Assembly (NCBI GenBank): GCA_019828565.1
Contig: JAHDYR010000041.1
Span: forward strand, 111,665 to 175,664
DNA from: Carpediemonas membranifera BICM
Taxonomy: Eukaryota; Protista; Fornicata
Direction of reading: 5' to 3'
DNA length: 64,000 nucleotides
Shown here in pieces: positions 52,331 to 63,939 of the stretch. The position numbers and the translations under genes were made by a program. The notes under the pieces are model-generated. The model was not told the origin of the DNA. It saw only the letters and a program-made list of their open reading frames with translations, and made no database searches. Position 1 is the stretch's first letter; every line of letters begins with the position of its first letter.

Positions 52331-54507
52331 TTACTTCTTCACTGACCATCTCCTCCTCTTCAGCCCGGGAGGAACCTTGCGCAGAGTGGCGTGTCCCCTT
52401 GTCACTTCGACCGCATACTCGATTTCCCACTCGCGACACTGTTGGGCAAAACACGCCAGGGCGCTCTGGCCGTTTTCGTTGGGCTTAAACGCGACATGTG
52501 TCACCTTGCCCTCCTCAGACTTGCTAAAAACGTACATGCCGACGACTGGATCGATCTTTGGGTCAAAAATCCCGGACAACATGGAGGTATGCAACGGACT
52601 TTCCAGTCATTGAGCACCAGGCTTCAACAGCCCACTGAGTTAACCACTTCTCCTGCATGATTGGCTTACCGATGTTGCTCCTCCTCCGTGACAGTGTGTA
52701 CACTGCACACTTCATGGAAAAGTTCGTCCCGGAGACCCTCCTCGGGCCGCCTGTACCCCGGAGTGGCCCGCCGGTTCATCTCTATCGCTTCCTTGTATAT
52801 CTGCTCGCGGTAGTTGTCCGCCTTCGTCTCCGCTGCACACTGCTCTTCATTCGTCATCGTCTCCCAGCTCTTGAACGCATGAGGCTCCGTGACGCCCTCG
52901 ATCATCATGAGGCAGTGTGTTATACAGTTGCCGTGGGGCAGGGTTTTGTATCTGACCCACTGCTTGCTCTTCTCCAGCTGATTGGCGACGTCAACTCTAA
53001 ACTTGACTTCCCTGCTCCTCATCTGCTCGGAAGCTGGGTCGACGTGGTCGACCTGGACATATTCAACGTCCGACTCAGCCTCGAATGCCACCTCGTTGTC
53101 TGCCTCTTGCTCCTTATCTGCCTCACGCTTCTCCTCTGACTCTGCATTCACCTCTGACTCAGCCATCTCGTCCTCCTGCTCCTCCTCCTCTGCCTCACCC
53201 TCCTCCACTGGCTCCTCTTCCTCCTCTGACTCCTCCTCCGAGTCCTCTGGCCTGGCCTTCTCGGGCTCAGCCTGGATGCAGGCGTCGCATTTGGTCACGT
53301 CCTCCTCATGTGACTCACCCTTCCTCTCCTCTGTCACCAGCTCCTCGTGTGCCTCGCGCTTCTTCTCCTCTGTCACCATCTCCTCCTCGTCTGACTCCTC
53401 TGAGTTGTTATCGACATCAGCGATCTTCTGAGGGATTGTCATGAGGGCCTTGCGCTTCATGTGGATTGTGTCGCTCTTCCCCGTACGGCGGGGGGTACTC
53501 GTTCGTGCTTGGTGTGTGCCCGACTGGGGTAGGTCGCGGCGAAACGGCGCGGGTGTCGGGCTGGCACCCATGGAGATGTCAGCTGCGTACCCCACGTCTT
53601 GCAGCAGCCTCGTGACGGTCTCCTCCAGCTCGAGTACTCTCTTCTGCGCCTTGTGATGGAGCACTCGTGCCTCCATCGGAAGAGATGGGAGGTCTTTGTG
53701 AATCCAGTCCTTCATTTCGAGCAGCTTGGATACGCGAAGGTATCTGTCGAACTGGACGTCGACGTGGTTGTCCCCAGCAACCGCAGCTGACTCTCGAGAG
53801 GCGCGAATGCGAAGCTCGCCGTGCACCTCCTTCTGGACTCTATGCCACAGGACGTAGTTGCGAGCGTTATTGTCCTCCCACTCCTTGAGCTTCTGGGCGA
53901 TCTTTTCTCTCGCGCCGGCGCTTGATCGCGCGTTCTCTAATCTCATCGTCGGACTCGTTGTCAAAGTCCACCTCACTCTCACTGTCGCACAACTCAGAAT
54001 CGTCGACGCCGCTCTCTTCACCACTGTCCACGCCACTCTCATCGTCGACGGGTTCTTTCTTAGCGCTCTCGGCCTTGCCCTTGCCCTTGTCCTTCTCCTC
54101 GGCGTCAATGGCCTCAATAATGGCCTTACGCGCCTTGCGCTTCTCCCTGGCTATACACGATATCAGCCTGGTTGTCGTCAACCCACTTCGCCAGCGCGCC
54201 GGGCTTCTTGGAACTTCTTGGTCCGGCGAGTGCCATAAACTGCTTCTTCAACTTATCCTGGAGCTCCTCCTTCTCGTCCTTCGTGAGGCGGAATTTCGTG
54301 GTGATATGGTTCAGGTTGATTCCTATATAAGCATTGCTATGACTACAAACGCTTCCTGATCACTAGATCGAGCAGTTTCCGTTCATCCAGCAAAACCGCG
54401 CGAAGAACAGCACATTTGGCATGATTGGTGGTTGCCTTGGTGTATGCAGCCAATATCGCATCGTACTGTTCCTTGCTAGCGCTCTCAATCCACTTTAGCA
54501 AGTCCAT
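52331..54507 (-). CDS. Acidic protein with divergent OTU-like C-terminus (frame-broken)
   Basis: 5' part near-identical to the element A gene; different 3' part with LPHGNCITHCL ... RGHATL. Confidence 0.55.
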
Positions 54508-55705
54508 TTTCGGCACTATCAGCAAGAGAGCATAAAAAAATGGACATAGAGTGCCAAAAGTAATAAACTGAAACCATCCTCACGGCAACTATGTACCTAG
54601 GCGGCCTCAGTACCTCCAATACCTTCCGTATGTGCTTTTTTTGTCCGTCCCTACTTCGTCCCACGAACCAGAAAAAAAGCGCAAAGAGAGGGCCCTTTGA
54701 ATATTTCTATAACGGCAGCAGAGCATAAAACACGGTTCGAAAGGGCTGATTTTATGCTCTCTTGCCGTTAGTTCAAGCCGAGGCACGCTTCGGGCGAGCT
54801 CCGGCCAAGGGGTCCAGGAGTCAGCTTTTGGGGGAAGGTCTGTGGTGCTATAACGTACCTCGGGACGCACTGTGGAGGCCCCTAGAGTACTCGGTCATGA
54901 CATGTCAGACCAAGGGTCCCTCAAATCTGGCCCCATTCAGGATGCTCCCCCTAAATGTTCCGTTGCAAGCGTCTGACGGGCGTTCTCTGGATACCGACCA
55001 AGATGGAGGTCACGTGGATCAACGGACGATAATTACGGTATTCTGGCCATGCCTGGTACTCTCAAATCATCTATACTGATCAGTGCTCCATTTATAGTTC
55101 ATATTGTTTGGTCCTGATGGACTTATAGTTGTTGATGTTGTTTAGGGATAATTGTTGCTTTAATGATGCTCTGCGCTCGCTTACTGATGTTTCTTAGTGA
55201 TATGTGCATGCCTACTACGTTAAAGCTGCCAGTATTCTTTCTATTCTTAAGTTCGCCATTTCAGTCTCGTTGCGAGCATAAAGTGCACATTGTGAAAGGA
55301 AATTGGGTGGTTATATAATGGATACAGGGCAGGAAAAGGTACACGAATGCCGTCCTGAGGTTTGGCATGGGATACTGATCTCATACGTCAAAAATGGGCG
55401 GTGGTATTCGAATTTCAGAATTTCGGCATGTCCGAATTCCGAGGCAAGCGGGTAGGGTGTACAAAACCTGGCCTGGGTCCCTACTGGAGCTAATAGATAA
55501 CAGTATCACCGTGTATTCGGTTTTCAGAAATATAACTTGTGTTGGTATTGCTATTTCAGAATTACTTCCAGTACCGGAGATTGTCTTAGAATTTGGATGT
55601 TCATGACTACTTTAAAATTTTAAAAAGTTCCCATGAACCCACTCCAGCTCAGGATTGCGGATCTGAGCCAAGTTTAGGTCGAATCCAAGTATTTGATAAT
55701 TTTGT

Positions 55706-56938
55706 ATGTACGAAATTCTGAAATTGCAATACCAACAGAAAACTCGTGTTATGGAGGTTCTAGCTGCAAATAACGACGATATTGTTAAGCGCTGGTCTGA
55801 TAGAGGTTCAGTGAAGACGCGTAGTGTGTACAAGAAGCACCTGGAGGACGTTTTGGCCAGCATTTGCCAGGAAACAGGCGCTGAAATGCAGAAGGGCATC
55901 GAGATTGTCCGAAGCGACAACGTTACGACTTATTTGGCGCATTATTTCGCTACAAAGACGCCTGCTATGGCTAAGAGGATCGTTTCGGCTGTTCAGTCTT
56001 TCCGGAACTTCGACTTGCCACATCCCGCGAAGCCGTTGTCCTGGAAAGAGGAGGAAGAGGTGTCGCCTGCATCAGTTGAGAGTCTCCCCAGCCCGTATGG
56101 CGCCATTGCCATTCTGCTCAACCAGACGGGCTGGGAGTATTCGTATCTCCAAGGTAATCTCCCCGATGCGATAGACCTTACCTCGTGCCCGAGCTGGATG
56201 GGCTTTGGCACGCTCAAATCGGGATTCCCGCAGGCCAGTGCTGTATCGGAGGCGCTCAAGGTTCAGGGGTTGACGGTTCGCATGCTTCGCTTTGCGCAGC
56301 GGATCGACGTGTCCACCGATAGGATGCAGTCTATCGGCACGCTAGAGCGCCGCGGCAGACCGCAGGAGAAGCCTCAGAAGGTCATTAAGGACAAGCGCAT
56401 CAGCCTGACCGATGAGCAGTTCAGGCACCAGTTGGCGTCCAGTCACTTAACGACCACGCGGCGCCCAACGATCCTCGATCTCAACCCGGAGATCCGAAGC
56501 TCTGCCGACCTGGTGCCGCCGATGCTCGATGACTGGCTTTACAACAGGCTCAAGGCCAGAATGATCGAGCTTCACGATACTAAGAAGAAAGAGAGGCAAA
56601 GCGAGGCTGACAAGGAGGCGGAGTTCGGCTCGCCGACTCGCGAGACAGAGATGCCAGAGGGCGAGAGAGAGGGCGATACTGACGAGGAGGCGGTGTCCGA
56701 CGAGCCAGCTTACCAGGCAGAGTGGATGCACTACGAGGTGCCAGCTCGCGAGGAGAGCGCCTTTGGTGAGGAGGTGGACTTATGCAAGAGTGCCGATGAG
56801 GAACCAAAGATCGACCACGACGAGCATGGCGGGGAGGTGGCGGGCAGAGATGGTGATGGGGAGATTCAAGAGAACGTGATTGATGAGGAGCGCTCAGAGA
56901 GCGATACTGCCGACAGTATCGTCTTTTCCTTCATCTGA
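55706..56938 (+). CDS. Degenerate tyrosine-recombinase-like protein with acidic tail (410 aa)
   Basis: Core almost identical to 25465-26883; ends differ. Confidence 0.5.
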   Translation: MYEILKLQYQQKTRVMEVLAANNDDIVKRWSDRGSVKTRSVYKKHLEDVLASICQETGAEMQKGIEIVRSDNVTTYLAHYFATKTPAMAKRIVSAVQSFRNFDLPHPAKPLSWKEEEEVSPASVESLPSPYGAIAILLNQTGWEYSYLQGNLPDAIDLTSCPSWMGFGTLKSGFPQASAVSEALKVQGLTVRMLRFAQRIDVSTDRMQSIGTLERRGRPQEKPQKVIKDKRISLTDEQFRHQLASSHLTTTRRPTILDLNPEIRSSADLVPPMLDDWLYNRLKARMIELHDTKKKERQSEADKEAEFGSPTRETEMPEGEREGDTDEEAVSDEPAYQAEWMHYEVPAREESAFGEEVDLCKSADEEPKIDHDEHGGEVAGRDGDGEIQENVIDEERSESDTADSIVFSFI

Positions 56939-57102
56939 CATTGTAAAGAGGAAGAGTTTATGATTGGAGCATAGCTGATGTCCATAAACACCATTCATAA
57001 GCCAGTCCTGTCTTGTTTTCCACTGCTACTTCTCTCGTTGCGACGCACAGCTAGCTGTCGCGAAATGCACTTTAAGACCAATTTTCACACAGCTACCTGT
57101 GC

Positions 57103-58398
57103 ATGGTGTTCGAGCTAGATAGCGACAAGCTGGAGCGACTTACTTCCTTACCTGGTAATAGTAGACAATATCTGCACGACTTTGAACCTGAAAAGCTGCA
57201 GGTCGTGATCAAAGTTGATGAGCATTATGATATGGAGGTTCCCACCCTGCTAGCGCTCAAGGACAGTCCGCATGTCCTCCCTGTCGTCGATACAGGTTTT
57301 GTCGACCGTGATCCAGCCTTCATGGCTCCTTTGGTCAACTGTACCCCCTTCGCTGACATCTGCCAGGCTCACTCCAGCGTGCAGTTCCGCTATGTTTCGC
57401 ATCTGCTGCAGGCAGTATGCTACATGCATGACCACGGGGTTGTCCATTGCGATATTAAGCCAGACAACTTCCTCTTCAGCAAGACTCAGAAGGGATACCT
57501 CATTGATTTTGGGTCTGCAATGAGGAAGCCGGCTAATGGCGACGACAGGTGGGCCATACAACTGAGATTTGTATCCGAGTATCGCGGCACCCATGGATAT
57601 TTGCCCCCAGAGCTGTTCTACGAGTACCTTGTCTCGCGCTCAGTGATTACTGCTGCACGCGACACCTCCAAGCTCGCGCGCATGACGGCAGGGGCTCTTT
57701 CCGTCACTTCTTATGTCGTGACACCTGCATCGGACATTTACTCTTGCGGTGTAGTCATTTTGATGCTCTTTTACGGTCTCCCCAAGTCCCCCTTTGCCGC
57801 GAAGGTGACTGACATGGGTGCAAACATGGCGCAGATCGACAACAAGAAGAAGAAGAAGATGCTGAAGCTTGGTAGCTTGCTGAACTGGTGCCAATTCTAT
57901 GGTGGGCAGTTGCAGTTGTCACCTCAGGCACAGACACATTTCAAAGATTGCCTCGAGTGTGTCAACGTGAACTCTGAGCTCCCGATTCGCGGCACCACGC
58001 CACCTACTTGTCTCAGCCTGTACGACCTGGCAATGCAGATGCTCCACTTCGACCCAACAAAGCGTCCCACTGCTGCCGAATGTCTTGACAAGCTCAAGGT
58101 CATCATGCGCGTGCATGAATGCGTCGCCAAGCCGAGTCCGCTTCTGTTAGATGATACAGAAGAGGTCACCCTGTCTGCAGCTCAGCGAAAGAGACTGACC
58201 GACTGCTGTCAGCGAGGGTTTGAGGGTCAAGTCTTCTATCGGCGCTGCATAGTGTGTGGTAGAGACCTTCATGGACGCGAGAACGTCAGCTGTGACACAT
58301 GCCACAAGGGATACAGGCAGGTGAGCACCAATAAGTGCGCAAAAGGTGTGCGCGGAAGACTGCACAGGCAGTTTATTGCGATGATTGAGCGGACGTAA
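57103..58398 (+). CDS. Ser/Thr protein kinase with C-terminal Cys cluster (431 aa)
   Basis: VVIK, HCDIKPDN, DFG, GTHGYLPPE, DIYSCG, KRPTA; no clear Gly-rich loop. Confidence 0.92.
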   Translation: MVFELDSDKLERLTSLPGNSRQYLHDFEPEKLQVVIKVDEHYDMEVPTLLALKDSPHVLPVVDTGFVDRDPAFMAPLVNCTPFADICQAHSSVQFRYVSHLLQAVCYMHDHGVVHCDIKPDNFLFSKTQKGYLIDFGSAMRKPANGDDRWAIQLRFVSEYRGTHGYLPPELFYEYLVSRSVITAARDTSKLARMTAGALSVTSYVVTPASDIYSCGVVILMLFYGLPKSPFAAKVTDMGANMAQIDNKKKKKMLKLGSLLNWCQFYGGQLQLSPQAQTHFKDCLECVNVNSELPIRGTTPPTCLSLYDLAMQMLHFDPTKRPTAAECLDKLKVIMRVHECVAKPSPLLLDDTEEVTLSAAQRKRLTDCCQRGFEGQVFYRRCIVCGRDLHGRENVSCDTCHKGYRQVSTNKCAKGVRGRLHRQFIAMIERT

Positions 58399-58862
58399 AG
58401 AGATTGATACTTTCTGTGATGCAGGAATGAGATCAATGCTGCTGACAGGTCTCGAGATGGCAGAGGTGCTGGAGAAGAGAGAGCAGAAAAGGCATCAGAA
58501 GTAAATGAACGAGGTAAATTCCAGTTCGCCGGAGATGATATCCTTCCTCGTACGCGGCATGTGTCTTGGGTCTTAAGTTCGCCATTTTAATCTCGTTGCG
58601 AGCATAAAATGCACACTTGTGCATTCGAGTACAATGACGAAATCCCTCAATATGCTACCAGCAGTGCATTTAATAACCAATATCAACGCCGAAACGCGTG
58701 TAGTTCGGAGCCATGTAGTTGTTTGCGCTCGTTTGTCCCCCCTATTACCGAAACTGGTGCTGTACTCTAGAAAATCACTAACAACATCAACTCCTTTTCT
58801 CCGCAATGCAGATGAGAATGCCTATTCTCGCGATCTATAACTACCAATCATGTTTTCATTCT

Positions 58863-61419
58863 TTACTCATACTTGCCACAGATGCACACATCCAGTGAGA
58901 TCTCTCCTTCCTCATGGACATCGATGTCTAACCATTGCCCGTCAAACACGAGCCCTACCTGCCTCAACACCTTCTTCCATAGACCATCCACTTGACCTTC
59001 AAACAGAGGTAACAGTTTCTGACAGTCTCCCTCGTCCAATGTTCCAGTGCCCTCGCTCCGAATACGGATCCAGTGTTTGGCGTCCTTGCAGCAGCGATGA
59101 ACGCGCATTGTCTTCAGACGTATTTGGTGGGGAACGTCTGTTGACTGTCGCCCATACGAGACGACGCCACGGAGGAATCGGTAAAACAACTCGACCTGCT
59201 CCTTCAATATCGTTCTCTCAAGGACCATCTGGTTGCGCCTTAAGTGTACTCTACTTTCCTGATTGCCAATAAAGTCGCGCTCGAATGACTCCTCAATAAT
59301 CCGGCCAAGTGGGACTCGGATTTTTGACTGAATCTCCGGCAACACAGCAACTCGCGCTAAGCCATGAAGTGTGTCGATGGAGGGAGCCTTCTTGGCTACC
59401 TTAGACGGCGGCCGGATTGGAATAGACTCCGACACGGTGCTGGTCGTGCTCAGACACATTGTCAGTGAAAAGAGGTGAACAAGCAACGCTGTCAGTCGAT
59501 GCCAGGTGATAATGTCATCTGTGGCCTCCTCGTGAGAGTAATAATGCTCTTGCAGGTAGGCAACGAGTCTGAAAAGTGGCTGAACGGGGGGAGGGAATGC
59601 CATGTAGAGACCGTTTCCAATTGACGCGATCATCTTCCTCCCCTTCACTTGCTCATTACAGCCAGTCGTGCGACTGGGAGGTTCAAACTTAGCCAGCCTG
59701 GCGAGGTCAGCGTTTCTGGCCTTCTTGGTCTTGATTTCCTCCGGGGTAGAGTCTGGGTCGACCTCAATTGGCTTGAACATCCGACAAATGTTGTGTATCA
59801 AGGAGACGAAGTCATGACTGAGGTGCATGATCGGCGGGACAAGGAAGATTTTGCCCCTATCGAGAGTTGGGTCATCCGAGTTCTCGAATAGGCTGGGCAT
59901 GATGCACTTATTCTTCTTGTTGTAGAACGACCCCCACTTCTTCTCTCTATCCAGGACTGTCTTGTCCTCAACAGACATCTTCTTCGCATACATCACGTCT
60001 GCAATCGTGTTTCGTGGGGTGAGACCGAATGGGCTCCAGGCCTTGTTGTCAGCATGTACCGAGCTGAATGGAGAGGGATAGCTGCCGCCAATCAAGGTTC
60101 CACAGACTTTTGACATCGCTGGGTGGTCTGCGATGAACATAACGCGAGTGACACGGCACAGGAGACCGGTATTTCTCACCTCAAGTGACTCGCGATGGGT
60201 ACTCTCGACTGAGCGCTCGATGAAGTCGAAGAATTCTCCAATGCGCTTCTCTGGTCCGTTGTACTCGAGTATGCGGAAGGGTGGTGTTCCGCCTGACGGG
60301 AAGACTTTGCCGGAGACATCGATAAACCGAACCTTCACAGATGTAGTCAACCCTCGCCATCCATCGACCCAGACGAGAAGATCAAGCGGCACTGTCTGAG
60401 TCTCTTCAGCTTGAGTCTGCGCTGTCAACTGCTTGCCCACGTTCTTACGAGCAGCCCTTGACCTCTCGAGATCGATAGGCGAAGCCACCGCCTGGCGATA
60501 GTACCGCATGAGGTCAAACTCAGCGTGTTGCACATGGGAATACCTGCCGCTAGACTGGAGACGCGGGTTGAGACCGGCTCTCTTCATCACGTCATTATGT
60601 GCAGTTCGCTTCATTGCCGATTCGTAGAAGATGCACACCGTCGTACCTCTGAGCACTTCAGTGTTATAGTCGTCGCCGTCGAATGTAGCGTTGACTTGTT
60701 CGAGGTCTGCGTCGACGTGGGTAATCAGGTCGAGGTCATACTCGCGGTGATCCTTGTCCGTCCTCTTTGCTCGTGTCTCTTGAGTGATCGCCATGGGTAT
60801 GTAGCCCTTTAGGGCCTTTTTCAAGTTCCTATGCGACTTGACAATGGTCTCAACGTCTGCGATGTTCCGAATGCTGCACTGAAGCGACTTGACTTGGTTT
60901 GTGACCTGATTGATGTTGATAATGTCAAGGTTGAGTCTCTGTGCAAGGGCTTGCATGATGTGAATCTCGTCATTGACTGCATTCACGCCGATCGTGATGG
61001 CCCTGAGCTCGTTGGACACCTGCAGAAGACGTTCAGTGTCAGCAATACGCTTACGTAGACGAGCATTCTCTGCCTCGAGGCCGAAGCTATCAGAATGCAG
61101 AACATATGCACCAACGTAAAGGTGACTGGGACCAGAGCGGTGTGCCTTCTTCTCCCTTTGAGATGCTAGTGGATGATGGCGCTGGGTAGAGATTGCTAGA
61201 AATAGCCTCACGCGATACAGCGCCGATATTGATTAGTTCCTGCGCGATGCGGGCTAGCTCGAGCCTTTGCTGGTGTTTGGAGGTATCAAATCCGTTAATA
61301 CGGCGATCCACTGCGTCAATCGAGAGCCAGACGCTGCAAAGGATGGTATTGATGTCATCAGTGCCCTCCGGAGCATAGATAGATCCGTTAGACAGTTTCC
61401 ACTTCAGTTGAAGCGCCAT
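58863..61419 (-). CDS. Putative DDE transposase of element C (~850 aa; one frameshift near 61150-61200 joins ORF 61090-61419 to ORF 58863-61211)
   Basis: WVDGWR, IADHPA, PPIMH, RTTGCNEQ, IEESFER, HRCC..CIC. The upstream ORF (RINGFD) resembles the element A N-terminus (RLPGFN). Confidence 0.72.
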
Positions 61420-61484
61420 CTGTCAGTCGCTCTTTCAAGAATTCTAAAGATCCTAAAAATGCGTGACTTCGAGAAGATCATCTA

Positions 61485-62720
61485 ATGCCAGCCACGGAAC
61501 TAGAGATGAAGCGTGGAAATGAAGGAACTACTCCGGACACCCGAGAGACGAACTCTCAGAAACGCAAGCCGATGGTCAGGTGGAATGACGCCGCAAAGAG
61601 CGAATGCAGGTCGGCTCTCATGATTGGTATGCTCAAGGCATTCTTTTGCATCACCGTTGATGTGTTTGGAACGGATATGACTGGTCTATCTGTCCGTAAG
61701 GTGGCGAATGCCTACAATCACATCATCTCGGTGTACTTGCAGCCCTGCCACCCTGATCCGACATTCTTTGATGGTATCAAGTCCCTCACGGCTGTATCGC
61801 AGGGTAGGCTTGTCATTGGGCATGTTAAGGAGTGGGCAACCCAGTCTTGCCACTGCAACATCGGCATTTCTGATCAGGCTCCTTCGAGAGTGTTTCATAA
61901 CCTTTCTCGGGCCCCCAACCCGGTGCGATCGGAGCTTCTGACCGCGATGAAGAAGATTTTCACGAGAGTTGGCCTGGACGTCCCCCAGAATTTTGATTCG
62001 CGTCCTCTGTCCCTTAATCTGGTGGACCTTTCGGCACCCGACATATTTACTGGTCGGACGAAGACGTTTTTCAAGACAGCAGAAATCCCCCATTCCGTGC
62101 CGCAAGTGAAGCAGGAGGTGAAGGTTGACCCCGTTCGACCCTCTGAGTCTATCTCTAAGCGTAACGTCATGCTACTCGATGACGTCCATCGCATGACACA
62201 GCGCATGTCGGAAGATCTCTCTCAGCTCAAAGAACGGCCGGTAACCGCTGATTCAGACTCTGACGATGATGGAGAGAACCTCCTTGACTTGCAGAAGAGG
62301 ATGCTTGCCTTCTGTTGCGGCCATTGCCACAGCTTGGACTGGGTTGGCAATCTCAACACGTCAAAGTTTGTCTCGTGTGGAGAGTGCGGCAGGAACTTTC
62401 ATGACAATTCCGTTTGCGTGCCTGCTCGTCCGGAGAAATGTTCAAAGACTGCCAACTGGACGAAAGAAGCCAACAGAAAGAAGTCCTCGTGGAAGTTCAC
62501 ATGCCAGGCTTGTGTCCAGGAGAAGACTTGTTTCGCATGCCAGAAGAACGCCTCGGTATATCATTGTCGGATGTGTGGGCACTGGTTCTGTGGTAACAAG
62601 GGCTGTATGGGCACCACTGCCGTGAAGGTCGTCATTGACGGCGTGAATATTCCCAAGATCCGTCTTTGTGACGATTGCCTTGAGAACTTCAAGTCGGTGG
62701 TTCAACAGTCGGAGCAGTAA
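61485..62720 (+). CDS. PHD-like zinc-finger protein (411 aa), head-to-head with transposase C
   Basis: CGHCHSLDW..SCGECGRNFH...C..FTCQAC plus a second Cys cluster; CHSLDW is shared with 14501-15859. Confidence 0.8.
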   Translation: MPATELEMKRGNEGTTPDTRETNSQKRKPMVRWNDAAKSECRSALMIGMLKAFFCITVDVFGTDMTGLSVRKVANAYNHIISVYLQPCHPDPTFFDGIKSLTAVSQGRLVIGHVKEWATQSCHCNIGISDQAPSRVFHNLSRAPNPVRSELLTAMKKIFTRVGLDVPQNFDSRPLSLNLVDLSAPDIFTGRTKTFFKTAEIPHSVPQVKQEVKVDPVRPSESISKRNVMLLDDVHRMTQRMSEDLSQLKERPVTADSDSDDDGENLLDLQKRMLAFCCGHCHSLDWVGNLNTSKFVSCGECGRNFHDNSVCVPARPEKCSKTANWTKEANRKKSSWKFTCQACVQEKTCFACQKNASVYHCRMCGHWFCGNKGCMGTTAVKVVIDGVNIPKIRLCDDCLENFKSVVQQSEQ

Positions 62721-63864
62721 AGATACAATTGAATCTTTTCAAACATATTTTCATGAAGATAGATCCAATGAAACTATGTACCATGAGCCCGATTGCTCAG
62801 TGATTATGTGATAATCCTGTGTGACCCAGGACAGCGTGCTCCTGGAATCAACAGGGCACAAAACACCCTGCGTATTCCGGTAGCACACCGTTCTGACTCA
62901 TACGTCCGTCTCTGGTTGTCGTATACAGGTCTATTTACGTGTTTGGCGATGGCGCTCCCTTAAATCTGCTTGAACGGCGTGTCGTGGCTGTCAGTATGCT
63001 GCAAATGTCGCAGCGAGAAAGGAGTCACCAATCGCGTTCAGCTTTTCTTGTTTCTCGCCTGATACTGCTCGTAATATCGTTCAAGCGTGAATCTATGAAG
63101 TAATGGGACTGAATGGCCTCTATTGCGTCAATTTCTTGCGTAATCGTTGTTGAATGGCCTAGAATAGATGTTGCAGCTGCTTCCAGCTCCTGTTGCATGC
63201 TAAATGCTGTGTTTTGGACAATTGGTCGTGTTCAGGCAGATTTTTTTCGTGCAAAGTGCAGGCTAATACGCGCCCTTAAACTGTGGGATCAGCCGCTGGG
63301 TAAATATACTGAGAAAAAACCATATAGCTGAGTTCACTGTCTTGTGCTGAATACGGTGGCGCCATTTATTTCTCTGAATCGCTAAGTTTTGTCAGCGTTG
63401 ACCGCGCACGACCGGTCGTCCTTACGCGATGACACCCAGCCCATCTTGTAGGTCGGGTGGCCATACCTCGCGGCCTTGCTTGCTTTTCTTTGACGAGCAA
63501 TATTCCCTGAGTAATAGCCTCTCCTTTTCTTCAATTCGACTCTAGCCAAGTCAAAAAACAAGAAATCGACCATATCTCAAAATCTAACAGGTAGATTCAC
63601 TCTGAAAGTGATTATGCGCATATGTACCTCCTTTCAACTACTCACATAATCACTATCGTAGTGAATCTACCTGTTAGATTTTCTGTTATTGTCCATTTTA
63701 TCGTTTCGTCTTAACCTGCACGGCGAAATGCTCAAACCAGGCAAGGAGTCAGAGCCAGAGCTTCTTTCCATGCTCTAAGTACATCATATGGACTCTCAAG
63801 AAGACCTTCGTTTATCTCTAAATAGCTTAAATTTAATGAATACTTCATTTCTGAGCAAGAAATT

Positions 63865-63939
63865 GTAGATTATCTAGCGTTTTGAGGTCGAAGATAATCT
63901 AGGGTTTAGCAAAGATAATCTAGGGATGTTGACAGCATG
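63865..63939 (-). repeat. Right TIR of element C (terminus reads CATGCTGT, one substitution)
   Basis: Reverse complement matches 44061-44135 at 73/75; followed by TSD AA (63940-63941). Confidence 0.95.

Larger units (their letters stand above)
44061..63939. mobile_element. Giant TIR DNA transposon 'element C' (19.9 kb), complete, inserted in element B copy 2
   Basis: 75-bp TIRs at 44061-44135 and 63865-63939 (2 mismatches). Flanks GTCACCCGAA| and |AATCAGGCAGAAG rejoin into the B gene that is intact at ~6540-6560 (minus strand), giving TSD AA. Contains a transposase-like ORF at 58863-61419. Confidence 0.93.
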
